Both the position numbers and the translations under genes were made by a program. A stretch of 59,393 bases of DNA, filler included, from Sphacelaria rigidula (taxonomy: Eukaryota): NCBI GenBank assembly GCA_964200075.2. It is 7 parts of 7 records of this genome, joined end to end, with 100 filler letters (N's around TTAATTAATTAA, not from the genome) between each part and the next. Parts side by side here need not be neighbours in the genome. Positions count along the whole stretch, not along the records: positions 8,501 to 16,900 come from CAXNAA020011275.1; positions 17,001 to 25,399 come from CAXNAA020011276.1; positions 25,500 to 33,898 come from CAXNAA020011277.1; 4 more parts are not named here. One strand, written 5' to 3'. The notes under the pieces are model-generated. The model saw nothing but the letters and a program-made list of their open reading frames with translations. It did not search any database and was not told where the DNA came from. Every line of letters begins with the position of its first letter. Position 1 is the first letter of the stretch. This document shows, one piece after another, positions 12,741 through 25,710 of the stretch.

Positions 12741-13079
12741 GTCGGGGGGGGGCGGGAGGGGGAGGGGGAGGGGGCGGGGGGGCACTCATGATAACACATG
12801 TCGCGATCGTCCCACTACTAATCTCGCATCCCTGCGATGTCGACATGGTGCGATGTATCGGGATATGGCCGCGCAGGGTTGTCATCACAAGGGCAGTAGG
12901 CAAATATGTTCCCCTCACGGGACCATCGCTTTGCTTTGTTCATAATCCCGATTAGAAAAACGGGGCTAAACATTCCATGACCGGCGAGGCACGCAGCATG
13001 CAACAGCGCTTGATTTGTCAGTAATTGCTGTACATCACGAGCGGAAGCAACTGAACAAGCGAGACAGTTCTCCCCGACC

Positions 13080-13291
13080 ATGGACCTAGGAGATAGATGG
13101 TGGCCAGAGACGGCGAACCAGGACGGGGCTAAGATGTGTAAAAGGTTTTCGCGCAATGTATGGAAGAAACGTAATGAGCACCTAAATGTTGGAGATGTCT
13201 CTATTAGGAGTAGTACGGCGCTCCGTCTCGAAAGGGATGCGTGGTCAATGGTCAAGCGACCAAGGCAAGCAACAAATGAGTACGCCCCCCC
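13080..13291 (+). mobile_element. LINE 3' tail fragment (also 11770-11845 and ~49060-49130 on the minus strand)
   Basis: ccgtctcgaaagggatgcgtggtcaatggtcaagcgaccaaggcaagcaacaaatgagtacgccccccc matches the tail of the LINE at 9995-10130. Confidence 0.75.
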
Positions 13292-14633
13292 TAGCCATGG
13301 ACCACAGACAGCTATAGAACCATAGGACCATAACGCGTATTGCAGACAACGTCAACGACTAAATCGTTCCAAGGTCTATTGTCACACAGTCACGGGCAAC
13401 CACTAATAACATGGATGCTTTGTACAAAAGCACGATATACATCCCCGTCCAGGTTTCGACCCAAAATTCATTCATTCGCAAGTGTTGACGCTGATTCTTG
13501 GAGTTAAGACTCGGAAAAATTGCATACACAAGCTATGTGGGCATTCCAAAACTTACAAGGAACGCTATTTTTCGACGGAATAATCGCCAGTTATCGCGGG
13601 TCCCAGGGTCATGGCATGCCATTTTGGGACCCCCAAACATCAGCGAGAGAAAACACACGAAAACACCGTCCCTGGAATGCTCCACAGTTCATGTGTGCAA
13701 ACTTTCAGTCAAACTCCACGAAAATCGGCAAGAACACCGGGCTTTTTTACAACAAAGTGAACTTGAAAGATACAAACTCCCAACTATTTCGTGTTGGTAT
13801 TGAAACGACTTTTTCGGGTACGTGTGATTTCAGCACGATCCATCGTATCACTTTTTTAGTCAACGCAACGACACTTCAAAATATCTTCCTTGGACCATCG
13901 CACCAGAACGCATAGGCTATTTATTTATTCTATTTCGAGGCATTCTGTACCGGCGTCCGAGGGTCTTCACGCGGGGACCCCTGAGAGGCGGTGAAGAGCG
14001 GAGGAGCTTTGAATGATCTTTAACACCTCCTTTTCTTTTTTCCCCTTCGGAACACCAACACCTACCGAGCGTTCTTCTCCGGCGGCGGGCTTCCTGTTTT
14101 CCGTCTTCGCCGCTGGGGCATGCGCCTTGACCACATCACTCTTGGCCGTAGTAGCTCCGCGTTTTAGAAACACCTGCATTTGTAGAACGCAGTTGGAACG
14201 TGGCGAGAATGTACGGTACTTACTAATTTGCCTTTTTTCCTCTCGAGTTTCCCCCGAGCGAGTGTTTCCGTCTCCGTTTGTTCACGATGGGCACGTACTT
14301 TGTATCTTCAGATCTCGCCCGGGTTCGAGCAATGGTACGACGGTGGGCGAGCACTTTTTGCGCAAAATGTTGTCTGGTTCAAGGGCTCCTAACGATTCTA
14401 GATGCACAAGAGTGCGGGTCAGGGCACCACCGTTTGGAAATTCACTCGGGATATCCCTAGCACATTGGAATAGTAATCCTGGCGTACTCTCACACATACC
14501 GTAGCATCAGACGTTCGTAGAAGATTATTTCATTTGCTACAATTAACCTATCAATCGATTAACCAAATCTATATATAAGGAGGGAAGTGGAGGGGGGTGG
14601 GGGTACTGATAATCATGTTTGCCATAGTCACAT

Positions 14634-15522
14634 AAGTAGTCAGCATCTGAAGTCTTCAGAGTTCGTAGTTGTTGTAGTTTTTCCATTTTTCTCGGGTACT
14701 ATTCTTCATTACAACTCGAAAGTGCTACCGCCTGTAGATTTAGGGGGAAAGCGTAGGCGCGCTCAAACTGCAGTGCCCAAGTAGGTGTTTCTGGGGCGAT
14801 ACGGACTAGATACCCCGTTTAGCAGGAAGGTGTTATTGACCGTTTTTGGTCCAATAAAAACACTTGTCCGGCTCTTCCGCAACGAAACGGTAAATACTTA
14901 GATTAATGAATACGTATAAAATTCTTCACAATAACGATCGAGATCGTGTTTCCCTTCTTTACTGCACAGACCTCAGTCTGGCATTTTTCTTCGTTTTTTT
15001 TCGCATAACATTTTCCATGAGCGCTCGAAAGTGCTAGCGTCGATAGTTTTGCCAAAATAAGCACACCGTGCTCAAATTATAATGCCCAAGTTGGTGTGAT
15101 GGGGGCGATACGGAGTAAAGAACCCGTTTATCAGGAGGGTGTTATTGACCGTGAATAGTCCAAGAAACATAGTTTTCCGGCTTTAGCGCAGTGAATAGGT
15201 GGAATTCCAAAAACAATTATCCTTTCTGAGTCTTCACTTATAGTCGGGATCGAGTCGACCCACCGAAAATACAGAAAAGCTAGAACCTGGGATTGCACTT
15301 TCGCAGGACCCTCGAAGATCGGTCAAGCTCGTAAGTCACTCAATATTGATCGCAGATGTTTTTTCTTCCAATATTTGTCAACATGACTAAAACATCTCCA
15401 GATGCCCATTTTTATGGCATCCAACAGCCACTGTGATGAGCGGTGGCAAGCGAAACAAATTTGGAAAATCTTTGAGAAACTAAGAAATTACGAATTCCGC
15501 ATACTTCTGACGCTGACTACTG
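14634..15522. mobile_element. TIR element with an internal ~309 bp tandem duplication, nested in a dispersed repeat
   Basis: Inverted ends agtagtcagcatctgaag / cttctgacgctgactactg|ta. The motif ctcgaaagtgcta...ggggcgatacgga...gtgttattgaccgt starts at both 14715 and 15024. The flanks match the uninterrupted repeat at ~12170-12240. Confidence 0.65.
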
Positions 15523-16325
15523 TATGACCATTGACCTCGCCTCCCCACAAAGCCGCGACGGAGCATTCCGGGTTTTCGCCGGATCAGGCTCGCACTCAAC
15601 CACCAAGCGTGAAGCGCCGTGGTGTGTTCGACGAGTCGCATGAAGGGTGAGCTGCGTCCTGCTAAGATTGTTCGGCTCGAAGTGTACTAATTAGCTTGCA
15701 TTTGGATGAGAGCCTCTTATGAGTTGCTTCATTTTCTGATATCACAACTTCCAGAGACAGCCACGACTTCCACACTGCCTCCTGGGTGTCTCATCATGTA
15801 AACACTATGTAGCACGACAATCTCGTTTGCGCGGAATCGAGATTTTGCCACCCGGCGCGATATGATCTAGCTCGGCCACCATCATGGTTACCGCGAAAAA
15901 AGACGCAAGCGCGCAAAACAACACCGGTAACCTGGTCACCTAGCTTACGAAGTGATTGGCATGTTCTACAGCGTCATTTCCAACCACCGACGCCAACCCC
16001 ATAGGGATTCGGTCCTTACAAAGCCGAGACGGAGCACACCGAGTCTTCGCCGGACCAGGCCAGGGCGGAAAAAAACACATGTCGCCCATGTATGCGCGCT
16101 CAAGAGTATTGACTCCCCTCTCCGGTCACTCAAATCCGGGCAAAAATTGCGTTACGTAGAGATAAACGTGTGCAACTGGGTGCAAGTAAAAATGGACGTA
16201 CGGCGACTCCGCTGGTCCTGGTGGTTGGCATTAGTCCCTGACTAAATCGCTTCTTCGGTGTGCTGTGACGCTACTGAGTACTGCACTTACCTGTCTTCAC
16301 AAACGGTTGAGAGGGACTTTTTGCT

Positions 16326-16798
16326 AGGCCGCTCCTTATGGGAAGCAAACAAACAAAAAAACAGTATTTTTTTTTTTAATTAAATGCTTCTTTGGTCCTT
16401 CGTCGTCGCTTTACGCCCTGAAAGAGAGCTAGGCGGGGTTTGACGCCTTGAGGTGACTGACTTGTTCTACTCGTTGAGATGGTTTTCGGGCATCTTCGCG
16501 CTGTCCGGTGGCCGCAGTTTTTACTTTGGCCGAACTTGAATTTTGTCCAAGAACGGTAAAAAAAACTGAAATCTAGGAAAAACTGTCATTTTCCCCCGGA
16601 CTTAACCGTCTCTGGACAAAAATGCTTGCTTGGCCAAAATAACAACTGCGGCCACCGGAAAACGCAAAGATGCCGTGGAACCGCCTCAACGAGTAGAGCA
16701 AGTCATTTCAAGGTGTCAAACACAACCTAGCTCTCTTTTGGGGCGTAAAACGCATGTTTACAATATTTTCTCATTGTTAGCTATAAGGGCCGGCCTTA
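16326..16798. mobile_element. Palindromic MITE with GGCC ends (PIF/Harbinger-like)
   Basis: The left half (~16400-16560) is the reverse complement of the right half (~16610-16750), e.g. cttgttctactcgttgag / ctcaacgagtagagcaag. Related arms occur at ~21930-22165, ~23535-23730, ~32480-32650 and ~46480-46680. Confidence 0.65.
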
Positions 16799-17125
16799 CT
16801 GAGAAAGTGATTGACAGTTTGAAAAAAAAAAAAATGACAACAGTTTGTGTGGAAATAAACGCCGCAGGGAAGGGGGGGATACGGGGTTCGCGTTGGGGGG
16901 NNNNNNNNNNNNNNNNNNNNNNNNNNNNNNNNNNNNNNNNNNNNTTAATTAATTAANNNNNNNNNNNNNNNNNNNNNNNNNNNNNNNNNNNNNNNNNNNN
17001 GAGGGTACAGCCTGCCTCCTGCTCAAAAATGATATCTTACCCTTTTTTGTTCACCTGTTGACCCTTTTTTGTGAAGTGGTGACCGTACAGCCGGCATCAG
17101 TTACAACCATAGCCATTTCGGTTAA

Positions 17126-17223
17126 CCCTTAGACCGCGAGGTTAGTCTTCTGTTGAATCGGCATCAATTTCAAGTGAAAAAAAGTATGCATAATCCAGAA
17201 AGACTAATCTCGCGGCCTAAGGG
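17126..17223. mobile_element. 98 bp piggyBac-like MITE
   Basis: TTAA|CCCTTAGACCGCGAG ... CTCGCGGCCTAAGGG|TTAA. The empty site has a single TTAA at 18257-18260 in the opposite arm. A second 98 bp copy lies at 45325-45422. Confidence 0.9.
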
Positions 17224-17943
17224 TTAAATCACCCTCCCACCAAAAAAATCCGAAACCCGACGACCAAGAGAGTGTAGCCCCCTGCTATAGTTGGCCCGAG
17301 GACCCGGAAGATCCAACGATGCATACAGAGCGCTCGTGTGCCGGAGCTCACGAAGATCCAAAAAACATGTGTGAACATCTTGCCGACACACACGCCCGCA
17401 TGGCGTCACGTGATGACAATGTCAGACTACTGTTGCGGGATCTGCCTGCAATTTGCGGCTCGAAAACAAGGATGGGCCCCGACCGGATTCGGGATCGGAG
17501 GAAGAACGCGTGAATCGAACGTTACATAGATTGTACAATCGAATGTCCTCCTCCGATCCTCGCTGTCGCATTCATGTTGGTTTTTGACCAGCACTACGAG
17601 CTGGGTCAGCCTAGAGGCGGGCTTGTAATTCGCGGGTCCATTCTCACCTCATTTTTTAGAGTTGGACCCTAAAATCTGGTATGAACAATGAATAGAGCAC
17701 ACTTGAAATAAATTTATAGTCCCAAATATTTGTTTCTTCTTCACAGGTTAATAGTCAGTATTCAGGCTTCACTGTTCGGTGAAATGCCATTCAATTGTAC
17801 AACTTTTGTACAGTTCACGTCATCGAATTCAAGCGTTCTTCCTCCGATCCGGAATCCGGTCGGGGCCCATCCTTGTTTCCGAGCCGCAAATCGGAGATCC
17901 CGCAACAGTCATTGCCATCACGTGACGCCGTGCGGGCGTGTGT

Positions 17944-18082
17944 TGTCGTCCCATTTATTCTGGGCACCCGTCTACACCTTTCGGTATATGTGGGCGCATC
18001 AGCCGGGNNNNNNNNNNACAGGAGGAAGGTCAACACATGAGCTTTTTTCTTTTTATTTGTTCTTTATACCCCACCTTCCTTC
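17944..18082 (-). mobile_element. 5'-truncated SINE insertion
   Basis: Flanked by the direct repeat TGCGGGCGTGTGT (17931-17943 and 18083-18095) and absent from the other arm. The body matches the SINE copies at 33498-33790 and 47230-47524. Confidence 0.8.
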
Positions 18083-18789
18083 TGCGGGCGTGTGTGTCAG
18101 CAAGATGTTCACGCATGTTCGTTGGATCTTCGTGAGCTCCGGCACACGAGCGCCCTGTATGCATCGTTGGATCTTCCGGGTCCTCGGGTCAACTATAGCA
18201 GGGGGCTACACTCTCTTGGTCATCGGGTTTCGGATTTTTTTTGGTGGGAGGGTGATTTAACCGAAATGGCTATGGTTGTAACTGATGCCGGCTGTACGGT
18301 CACCACTTCACAAAAAAGGGTCAACAGGTGAACAAAAAAGGGTAAGATATCATTTTTGAGCAGGAGGCAGGCTGTACCCTCCTGGTTTGTTTATAAAAAA
18401 GGGTACTCTCACGGGCTCTCATTTTCGGCGCCATAGTTCAGCCTAGTAACACTCATGAAAATGAAAAACAAAATGGTCGGGCATGTTGCTCAGACACCTT
18501 GAGCGTGGGGCTGAGGCGCTAGGACGTGCTTTCGAGGTGTTCAGCCCGCGTCCAGCGCCGTCCGCCACAGCGAAAAATGCGCTCCCCTTTTTCGCTTCAA
18601 AAGCACCAGGGTGTGTACCCTTTTTATGCCTATTGCCCCTAATTTTTGACCAGTAGAGTTGACCACTCGGTAGGTATGTACATTTCTGACTTGGTTTTAG
18701 TGTGGGCATCGAAATCCGAATCTTTAGTAGGGGCCGTGTTCCTGGCGTGCGCAGAACGACTTTTCGTCTGAATCGACGCAGCACGCGGT

Positions 18790-19150
18790 TTGCGCTTTCC
18801 TTGCCCGAGGGTTCTCGATATGCCTTCGTTGGGGTGAGGGCTAGGGTTAGTGGCAGTGTTAGGGTTAGTAGAGGAGACCTACATCTTCGGGCGTGTATCT
18901 ATGGTGGATTTTTTTCGAACAAACAATAACCGTAAACGTAACCCCGACCAAGGCATACCGAGAACCCTCGGGCAAAGGGAGTGCAAAGTGTGCGTTGCCA
19001 GAGCTCAAATCGACGCCTTTGAGCCGATTTTCGACCAAAACACGTTCTGGACGAGGTGGGTCTACTGCTCACTACTGCTCACCTGCCCCAAATCATAAAT
19101 CAAGAAGTATCGAGTACCAACCATTGTTTAGGTACATTTCTTGAGGTCTA
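18790..19150. repeat. Dispersed repeat family with telomere-like (TAACCC)n heads, here as a divergent pair
   Basis: Consensus aaccctaaccccgaccaaggcataccgagaaccctcgggcaa...tgccagagctcaaatcgacgcc...aaaacacgttctggacgag. Further copies at ~21495-21760, ~26050-26115, ~26960-27145, ~28360-28650, ~28910-29000, ~29630-29680, ~29810-29855 and ~49835-50090. Confidence 0.8.
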
Positions 19151-20049
19151 CTTTGGTTTCAGCAGACGCTGCATCTCCCGAAGCCAAGCAACATATATCG
19201 CATCGAGGGGTCACGATCAGCCAACAGCTGCACTGCGCTGCCGGTCTACGATCACGCAGAACCATTGAAATTACTATACAGGCTGGTTCATGCCCATCAC
19301 CCAAAATTGTGTCATCAGCAAATGCCTTTCCCAATGCCTACCCAATAGTCGCATATATTACATCATACTGACCGCCATGGACAGCTGAAGAGCGAGCGTG
19401 ACATAGCTGCATTTGTGTGTAAGGCCATAGTGGTAGCGCTAAGGGCGAAAAGTAATATCGACCAATCAGCGCCCGTCAAATTGCTTTGAGATTGAAATTA
19501 CGAATTCCAAGCCCAATTTTCACCTATCTCCACATGCTTCAGATCGTAGTAACCGCCATCGACTCGGGAATCTAACGAAAAAGGGAAAAATTGAAAACGG
19601 TTACTACGGGGGTCGAATTATATCCGAAACCGTGATGTTTCGGTGATGTCGAGCGTGAGCGGCGTCTTATTTCCAACAATGATACGCACGAAAGACCCAG
19701 GGAGCCTCGTGACGGCGTCCCCTATATCTGTTATAGAAAAGCTCAGATCGCCCTCAAACTTGGCAGTTCCGTGGGTATGGATGCTCCAAATGAAAACATT
19801 TTTTCCTTGAAAATATTTAATATTTTCTCCGTTCTCCACCGCCTTCCGGGGATCCCAGTATGAAGACCCCCGGAAGGCGTTGCAGATTGCCCCAAAAGAA
19901 GAAAACTAATATGATGCGTCCCGGGATAGTCCAAGGAATATATGTACAAAGTTTGGTGGAGAAACTCGAAAGCTTTGTACAGTTTTTCTTCCCTTCACGT
20001 AGAATTCACTCAAAAAGGCGTTTCAATACTGACACCAGGTAGTCAGGAG

Positions 20050-20700
20050 TTGAACGGTTCAAGCCCACGTCCTCCACACACGCGCAAAACTTCACGCCAT
20101 TGTCAGGAATTAGACTCTAAAACTTTGCACAAATATGCCATGTATCATTACGCAACTTTTCATGGACAAGGTTTCTAATTTCTCGATTTTTTTACCGTTT
20201 TTTGGGGGTCCGACGGGATTCAAGTCGTTTTTCTAAGTGGTCTCCACTCTAGGACCCCGGAAATCGACACTACGATATTTTTCTTTCAATATGTTCGCGA
20301 ACGAGCGGTCGCCGCATAACCCAAGGAAGGGCCCCAAAAAATGTCGTCGCAAAACTCGATCAACTGATGCTTGAATTATCATGTTCACGTCAAAGAAGGC
20401 CCAACAACGCCGCTTTCGTACTGAAATCTAGTAGTTTGCGGTCTCACCGTGGCGCGGCAAAGTTCATCGCACAAAAGCGAACTACCCCACGCCGTTTAAA
20501 GCAGTTAGACAAGTTTTTTGAACCGTTGTAAGGGTGTCCGATTGGATCGATGTTTCCCCGAAAAAACCGGGACCCTCGAAAAACGGTGAAAAAGTAGTGA
20601 TGTAAAAAAAAAACTCGACCTTCGAAAGTTGCGTAATGCCCCATAGAACATCTGTGCAAAATTTCAGGGTCCACCTCCTTAAAACGGCGTGATGTTTTGC
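20050..20700. repeat. ~650 bp dispersed repeat (likely a non-autonomous DNA transposon); reverse copy at ~50220-50895
   Basis: Blocks such as atgtatcattacgcaacttt, cactacgatattt, gatgcttgaatt and ggcgcggcaaagttcatcgcac recur in reverse complement at 50220-50895. Confidence 0.75.
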
Positions 20701-21870
20701 TGATGAGTGTTTCTTGGGATTCGAACTATGCTCTTGTTGAAAATTCAGAGAGTTTTGACTGCGAGCAACAACCCATGTGTGAATGGGCATCATTTTCGTC
20801 CATTTTCGAGTGAAGGTGATGCCAATTCACAAAAAGTCAAAATGTCAATCCGTACAGTAGACAGCAAGCCCACCGCAGATGGACTGAGATAGACTTCTGC
20901 CACACTTGGGGTACAGAACGGCTTCTTTATCGCTGCATAAAATGCCTCTTTTCATGACCATGTAGATGTTGAACATTTGTGTAGAGAACAGTCCCGGAGA
21001 ACGCCTTCCCGGTTTTGACCCTGCAATCTATTGCGTGCAGATTCGGTATGTATGTGTGCTGTACGCCTTCGCTGGATACAACGGCAACAAATAGTCAGCG
21101 TGCTATCGCTCTCCACTAACACAGTATACAACAACACTACACAGCTGTACTGTAGGGTAGTCCTACGCTGGCAACACGTGGGGGTTCACGCAGGCGTCAA
21201 AGGCCACGAGCAGAGTGAAACGCAAATTGTTTGTTCTCATGCTGTTCATGGTTGAGTTGTCGTCATCACAATGAGAAGCACGGCTATTATAGACAACGAA
21301 ATAGTTCACCTGTAGGGGAACGAAGTGGTCATTTTCATAGCCTTGATTGATTGGTCAGGATGGTCAATCCGCTCCTCTCGGACCTCCTCATTAGTCCGTA
21401 ACTTTCCGTGGGAAACTTCTTCCATACACACATGATTGGAGGGGATTTGACGAAATGTACGTAAACAATGATTGGTACTATGTGGATGCCGCCAACCCTA
21501 ACCCTAACCCCGACCAACGCATACCGAGAACCCTCGGGCAGGGGGGGCGCGAAGTGTCTCGTAGGCTACGGGTGCCTTGCCAGAGCTCAAATCGACGCCT
21601 TTGAGCTGTTTTTCGACCAAAACACGTTCTGGACGAGCTGGGTCTACTGCTCACCACTGCTCACCTGCCCCAAGTCATAAATTTTCTCAAAACTTTCTTC
21701 AGTCTAAAATCAAGTAAAATCGAGTATCAACCATCGTTCACGTACATTTCGTCAGCTCTACTGCATAATTGAGTTGGTAAACTTTTCGGTTGCCCCACAA
21801 ACAGGCCCCCACCCCCTGTCAACCCCCCCCCCTCGCCCGCTGGCAGACCTCCAATGTCCCTGGACTGCCA

Positions 21871-23787
21871 GGCCGCTCAATATGGCAAACGAAAAGGTCC
21901 TGTGAACATGCTTCTTCTGTCTCTTTTTGTCGTTTTACCGTCCTAAAATAGAGCGACGAGTAGGCGGATGTTGCCACCGTGGAATGACTCGCTTTACTCC
22001 TTGAGACGGTTCCAGAACATCTTCGCGTTTTCTGGTGACCGCAGTTTTTCGGACCAAACTTGAACTTTTGTCCAGAGACGGTCAAGTCCAGATAAAAATG
22101 GCAGTTTTGTCCAAATTCGACCGTTCCAGTGTTATTATTTTTCCATATTATGGAGGCGGTGTTTTGGCAGCTTAGCGGTGGAGAGAATCCGCACCTCGCG
22201 TCAGATGACGCCGAAACTTGGGGAATGTGTAGACTGGTATCAGAGGAAGGTGTCACAGTCACAGCTGCTGCAGGAGAAGTCGCCGATGGCCCGTTCTGCA
22301 TCGAAACTGTGTATATCCATGGCGCGTCGGATTCCCTGTTGTCTGATGACGATTGTAGTGGGTATAGTTGACAGTTGAGCACGCTGACTGCGAAGGATCC
22401 TCCTGGCCTCATCATCAATCTTCGTCCAGTTACGGATAAACGCTCGGAGAAACCCAGCAAACTAGCATCGTTCATGGTCCGCTATATAGATGAGGGTTGG
22501 GAGGTGAACGTTTCCGCTCCAAAACGGTCGACAGTCGAAGGTTAAGCTCCTGTCGCGCGACCAGTGGGTTGCGCGATGGGCCCTTGACGGCGTAGCTGGT
22601 ACTGGGGGCAACATCCTGGTACAGACAGTGCCACCACTACCGGGAAGGCCGTGCAAACAGGCTGGCAGCCGGAGTGGGCGTTGCACTGGTGTTCTTCTAG
22701 CCTCATCAACTTGGATTTTCTCCGCATACGCTTTGCATGTGAATATTTCGGTGATTGCCTCACTTCCACTTCGGCCATGTGCTGTGGATTATTTCACGAT
22801 TTCACCGTCTGATATACGTGGAAATGTATCACAATACGCCCTGCAGAAGAGCTTTCTACACTCAGTATACAATGTAAAAAGAATGTACTGTGCACATTAC
22901 AGAATATATTGCGCACTACAATGTGGGAAATACTCAAAGTGCGAACTGCGCGCAGTATCACTTCAAAACAGATCAGAAATCTCCACGGTATGGAATGTTA
23001 CACCCGGCTTGCGTGCCATATCGGCTGTGTTACCATGCAGCTCCGCCAAAGATACAGGCGGGCATTGTAGCGGCAGAGGCGGCCTTTTACTCCTGCGTGC
23101 GCCACCTAGGGCAAATGCACGCTCAGCTGCAACACCGACCACTGTACAAGATGTGGCGGAGCGAGGGGTGGTACACTACGTACAACCCCTCGGTACACAC
23201 AGACAGTAAGCAGTATCATACAAATATAGTGTAAACAAGTGTGATTTAAAATTCGTGCACGCGGGGTGGGCCGGCATGTAGAGAACCCTGCACAACTTCG
23301 TCGTGTACTACCGGGACGGGACCTCGCTTCAGTAGCAATCGCTTGCGATGTGTGCTGTGACGGGTCTAGTGCGTGATGGTGCTTTTCCCACCTCCGCACA
23401 CCGCCCGTGAAGCGAGCTCTTGATGCTGGAAGTACCCACCTCTCTTCCCGTGATGATTTCCATTTTTTGTCTCAGACAACTGAAACTGCAGAATATGACA
23501 GGAGCTACTAAAAGGTACACATTCCCCCACACGCACCGCCTCCATAATATGGAAAAGGAATAACACTGCGTTCTTGACCGCTCTTGGACGAAAATGCAAG
23601 CGTGGGCAAGAAGAAAACTGCGGCCACGGGGAAACGCGAAGATGTCCTGAACCCGTCTCAACGAGTACATCGAGTCATTCCAAGGTGTCAAGCTTCACCT
23701 AGCTCTCTTTTACGGCGTAAAATGACGAAATACCAAAAAAGCATTTCTACAAGGCCTCTTGTTTTGTTTGTCACAAGGAGCGCGGCC
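21871..23787. mobile_element. Non-autonomous element with ~300 bp inverted arms enclosing ~1.35 kb of unrelated sequence
   Basis: Left arm ...tccatattatggaggcggtg (to ~22160) is mirrored by caccgcctccataatatgga... (from ~23535). Both ends carry GGCC. The arms belong to the same family as 16326-16798. Confidence 0.65.
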
Positions 23788-24768
23788 TCAGCCTGCGAAA
23801 CTATTCCGAGGCGACGCTTGCTGTCTAAGGGTCACCCGTTAGACCACGATGCGGGTAGTCCATCTGGATCATACATACTTTTTTCAAGTGAACTTGATGC
23901 CGATTCAACAGGTTGCCTACCCCCGATAACTGGCAAAATAAAAACTCCTCTTTCGACGTGCCCAATGATATATACCATGTCTACAATTTTCCAGAGTCCA
24001 ACTCCAAGAACCTGTGTTAAAATTTGCGAATGAGTGAATTTTGAGTCGAAAGCATGAACTAGCCCACATTACTACTGGATATATGTAGCCGGGCGCATCC
24101 GATGTACGTAACACTTATGGACAATGCGTGCGGTCTATCTTACCCAGGACAGGGCGTGCACGTAACAGCTCCCTACTCGGTGTAGGGTGTGCGGGGTGTG
24201 TGGGAACGTGACGTGGACTTGGGGTTGATAAGCCTTGCAGATGCAGGGTTTGGGACAGGGAATTAACTGACAAAGGGGGGAACGCAGCCTGCCGTTTTCT
24301 CAGCGGGAAGGAAGACCATAGTCCAGACTGGGGATTGGAGAATGACAGTCCCGGGGTTGACAGGGCCGGGATGGCGGTCAGGGGTACTAGCAAGCGGATC
24401 GGGTCATACAGAGGTGGTACTCACAGCGTGATCCTGAACACCATTCGCGGGTGTTTAGTAAGTCAAGAGAAGCTGACGACAGCATTTCCTCTCCAACTTA
24501 TCCTCACGCATTTTGATGAAAGGCGAAAGTAGCGTACAAGTTCACAGCTCAAGAGCTACCTCAAATATCTAATCGAAGAGGATTCTCCGATACCTTGTCC
24601 AAAGACGCCGACCACGCGACAACAGGGTCAGAGAAGGCAAAACACTACTTTCGCGCTACTTCGCGTGCTCGACGTCCAGCGCTATAGGGAGCAAATTTGG
24701 AAAAAATGGGCCAGTTGAGCTATCCATAGCTCATGGTCCGGTCCAGTACCCTCATGATACGCGATATA

Positions 24769-25348
24769 CAGGTAGCTCATGAGCTGTCCAAGGCGTACAA
24801 GTTCACCAAATCCTGGACGATAGTTTACATTGCCAGAGCAAAGTTTACAACGGAGTGCTCTTGGGGCGCGTTGCAGATTCGGGGAGTGGGGCGCTTCCTC
24901 TGATGGTCATTGTTGTCATGAAGCGGGCAAAGCGCAGAACAGTCAGTAAGTAGTACGGTAAAGTACAGAAGGATTGTTCGTCGTTTGCACGCCATGCCAT
25001 CTGGTGGAGTCGCGTTAAGGGGTCGTACAGAAACGTGATGAGCGCCGAAGCTCACGAGAGTAAGGCGGCGCGTGAGCCAAGCTGACAGGGGGGTTTCAGT
25101 GGGTCGCACCTCCACACTTGTCTTGAGCAAAGCTTCCGAACGCTCGAGGCGCCTACCCCACATGACTGCGCGAGGCGGTCTAGCCGAGTCTGCGGGTGAT
25201 CGGCAAACGAACCCGCTTGCGGGCTAAGAGTTGCGTGAGGTTTCCTCCTTCCTTCAAGGAAGAATAAACAAACGTGAGGCGCTGCAATCTGAAACCGGTA
25301 AGGTCAGAATTGAAGATTTCATACGTCGGACAGCTCATGAGCTACCTG
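24769..25348. mobile_element. MITE-like element with a perfect 21 bp inverted repeat
   Basis: CAGGTAGCTCATGAGCTGTCC (24769-24789) and GGACAGCTCATGAGCTACCTG (25328-25348). TA is present on the left only. A related end lies at ~24545-24605. Confidence 0.55.
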
Positions 25349-25584
25349 AAATAACTAATCGAAAATAACTCTCCGATATTTTGTACAAAAACACAAAATN
25401 NNNNNNNNNNNNNNNNNNNNNNNNNNNNNNNNNNNNNNNNNNNTTAATTAATTAANNNNNNNNNNNNNNNNNNNNNNNNNNNNNNNNNNNNNNNNNNNNC
25501 CTTGTCCCCTGGTCATCATCCAGGATCCTACATGCTACATCTACTACGCCTTGGTGTATTTTGGCTACACATATATACACTGTA

Positions 25585-25710
25585 GATCACCTGATATAGG
25601 CATCAAATTATCCAGTATCATCTGATATAGGCCTACATATCACCCGATATAGGTCTATATATCACCCAATATAGGCCTATATATCACCTGATATAGGCCT
25701 ATATATCATA
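25585..25710. repeat. 22 bp minisatellite, 4-5 copies
   Basis: Unit atcac(c/t)(t/c)(g/a)atatagg(c/t)cta(t/c)at repeated head to tail with no unique spacers. Confidence 0.85.

Larger units (their letters stand above)
17001..18381. mobile_element. Large fold-back (inverted repeat) structure with arms ~17001-17520 and ~17820-18381
   Basis: 17001-17121 reads as the reverse complement of 18261-18381. Homology continues inward with more mismatches. Each arm carries its own private insertion. Confidence 0.85.

Noticed and set aside
13967-14240. Possible minus-strand exons VFLKRGATTAK... with a ~50 nt intron
   Set aside because: The upstream frame is closed by a nearby stop, no domain is recognised and the region lies among repeats. 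Support is insufficient.
25585-25710. Short repeats resembling a CRISPR array
   Set aside because: The units are head to tail with no unique spacers, there are no cas genes and the context is eukaryotic. It is a minisatellite.
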